Assembly: GCA_009784235.1 (NCBI GenBank)
Contig: WRCC01000002.1
Coordinates: forward strand, 16,373-48,372
Reading direction: 5' to 3'
DNA length: 32,000 bases
Source: Alphaproteobacteria bacterium
Lineage (GTDB): Bacteria > Pseudomonadota > Alphaproteobacteria > Rs-D84
The position numbers and the translations under genes were made by a program. The notes under the pieces were generated by a model, which searched no databases, was not told where the DNA came from, and saw only the letters and a program-made list of their open reading frames with translations. This document shows positions 31,264 to 32,000 of this stretch, piece by piece (positions within the stretch are counted from its first letter, which is position 1; every line of letters begins with the position of its first letter).

Positions 31264-31695
31264 TTCATCGCCCGAACCCGTTATATAAACATGCACCGTG
31301 TCATCGGGCAAAATGTGCGCTGCAATTTCCGGCCATTCGATTAATGTAATATCATTCACGACCGCATGCGGCAATCCGATTTCTTCCAATTCCGACGCAT
31401 CGGTTATGCGATATAAATCAAAGTGTGAAATATTGGTGTCATCCCGGAAATTTTGCGACGCAAAATTATCCGGGACCTGGTCGCGCTTGGCCGTATACGT
31501 CTGCACCAACGTAAACGTCGGGCTGGGCACAACGGTATCACTGCATAATTCATTTATAATCGCGCGGGCGATTTCGGTCTTGCCCATGCCCAAATCACCG
31601 TGCAGCGCGACGGTCACCGGCACACGCAAAGTCCGCGCAAATCCGCGCGCCCATTCATGCATTTCATCAATATTGTTTATTTTTATCGTATTCAT
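31246..31695 (-). CDS. tsaE: tRNA t6A37 biosynthesis ATPase TsaE (YjeE)
   Basis: LHGDLGMGKTEIARAI, VPSPTFTLV, HFDLYR and LIEWPE motifs. Confidence 0.9.
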   Translation of the reverse strand: MNTIKINNIDEMHEWARGFARTLRVPVTVALHGDLGMGKTEIARAIINELCSDTVVPSPTFTLVQTYTAKRDQVPDNFASQNFRDDTNISHFDLYRITDASELEEIGLPHAVVNDITLIEWPEIAAHILPDDTVHVYITGSGDERDIRY

Positions 31696-31697
31696 TT

Positions 31698-32000
31698 TTA
31701 TCCCAATAACAACAAATCATCTTCCAGTTTTCGGATTGCATCGCGCGCTGCGCCGGCCTGTTCGAATTCCAGGTTTTCTGCGTGTTTTTTCATGCTGCGC
31801 GTTAATTTTGCGATTTCTTTACGTATATCATCCGCAGTCATCAAGCCATTATCATTATAAACAAATTGCTTTTTCGCATCTGTTTTCTTTTCACGCAATT
31901 GCACTTCGGCAAATACGGCTTTGCTTGTTGTTTTTGGCGTGATTCCATATTTTTCATTATGCGCCATTTGTTTCGCACGGCGGCGTGCTGTTTCGTCCAG
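31698..32000 (-). CDS. uvrB: Excinuclease ABC subunit UvrB, C-terminal part (5' end outside window)
   Basis: The frame stays open to the window edge: ...LDETARRRAKQMAHNEKYGITPKT... It ends with the UVR domain (MKKHAENLEFEQAGAARDAIRKLE). Confidence 0.88.
   Translation of the reverse strand: MDETARRRAKQMAHNEKYGITPKTTSKAVFAEVQLREKKTDAKKQFVYNDNGLMTADDIRKEIAKLTRSMKKHAENLEFEQAGAARDAIRKLEDDLLLLG

Overview
Compact, almost fully coding 32 kb chromosomal segment from a Gram-negative bacterium. The gene set points to a small-genome alphaproteobacterium: alpha-type AddB, a DUF721/DciA-like gene, the mltA-secB neighbourhood, and a divergent lpoA-like/rsmI pair. This lineage call is inference only.

I call about 40 protein genes, mostly housekeeping:
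- A GT92-like glycosyltransferase (partial), recA, an MFS transporter, a CDGSH Fe-S protein, mnmE, ruvA, yebC and ruvC.
- Two small paralogous membrane proteins, a dciA-like gene, mltA, secB, ftsQ, and ftsA fused to rpe.
- An lpoA-like lipoprotein, rsmI, engB, addB, and a LolC/E permease with lolD.
- A Dam-family methyltransferase with a small PD-(D/E)XK nuclease (a type II R-M pair), and a secretin-like lipoprotein.
- A GNAT acetyltransferase, a fadD-like ligase, xth, tsaE and uvrB (partial).
- A tRNA-Gly/tRNA-Tyr operon.

I saw no rRNA, CRISPR array, transposase or integrase.

The observations most worth a second look are:
1. Several families of short repeats sit in frame inside essential genes.
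   - 35-nt modules of five tandem heptamers (ATTTATG, CTTCAAA and AGTCAAC types) lie in mnmE (twice) and addB (twice). The first two types also occur as head-to-head dimers that fill intergenic spacers.
   - An identical 48-nt GC-rich double hairpin adds the same 15 residues to both MnmE and RuvA.
   - A related 75-nt palindrome lies in addB.
2. A self-contained operon of three paralogous genes of unknown function is wedged on the opposite strand between yebC and ruvC. It has its own near-consensus promoter and terminator.
3. ftsA and rpe form one continuous reading frame.
4. An R-M cassette that looks AT-rich is packed with junctions of 0 and 9 nt between a lipoprotein gene and the lol genes.
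5. A Cys-rich 67-codon ORF appears translationally coupled to ruvA.
6. A structured leader-like region lies upstream of the MFS gene.

All coordinates and repeat comparisons were done by eye from the sequence. No database search or computation was run.
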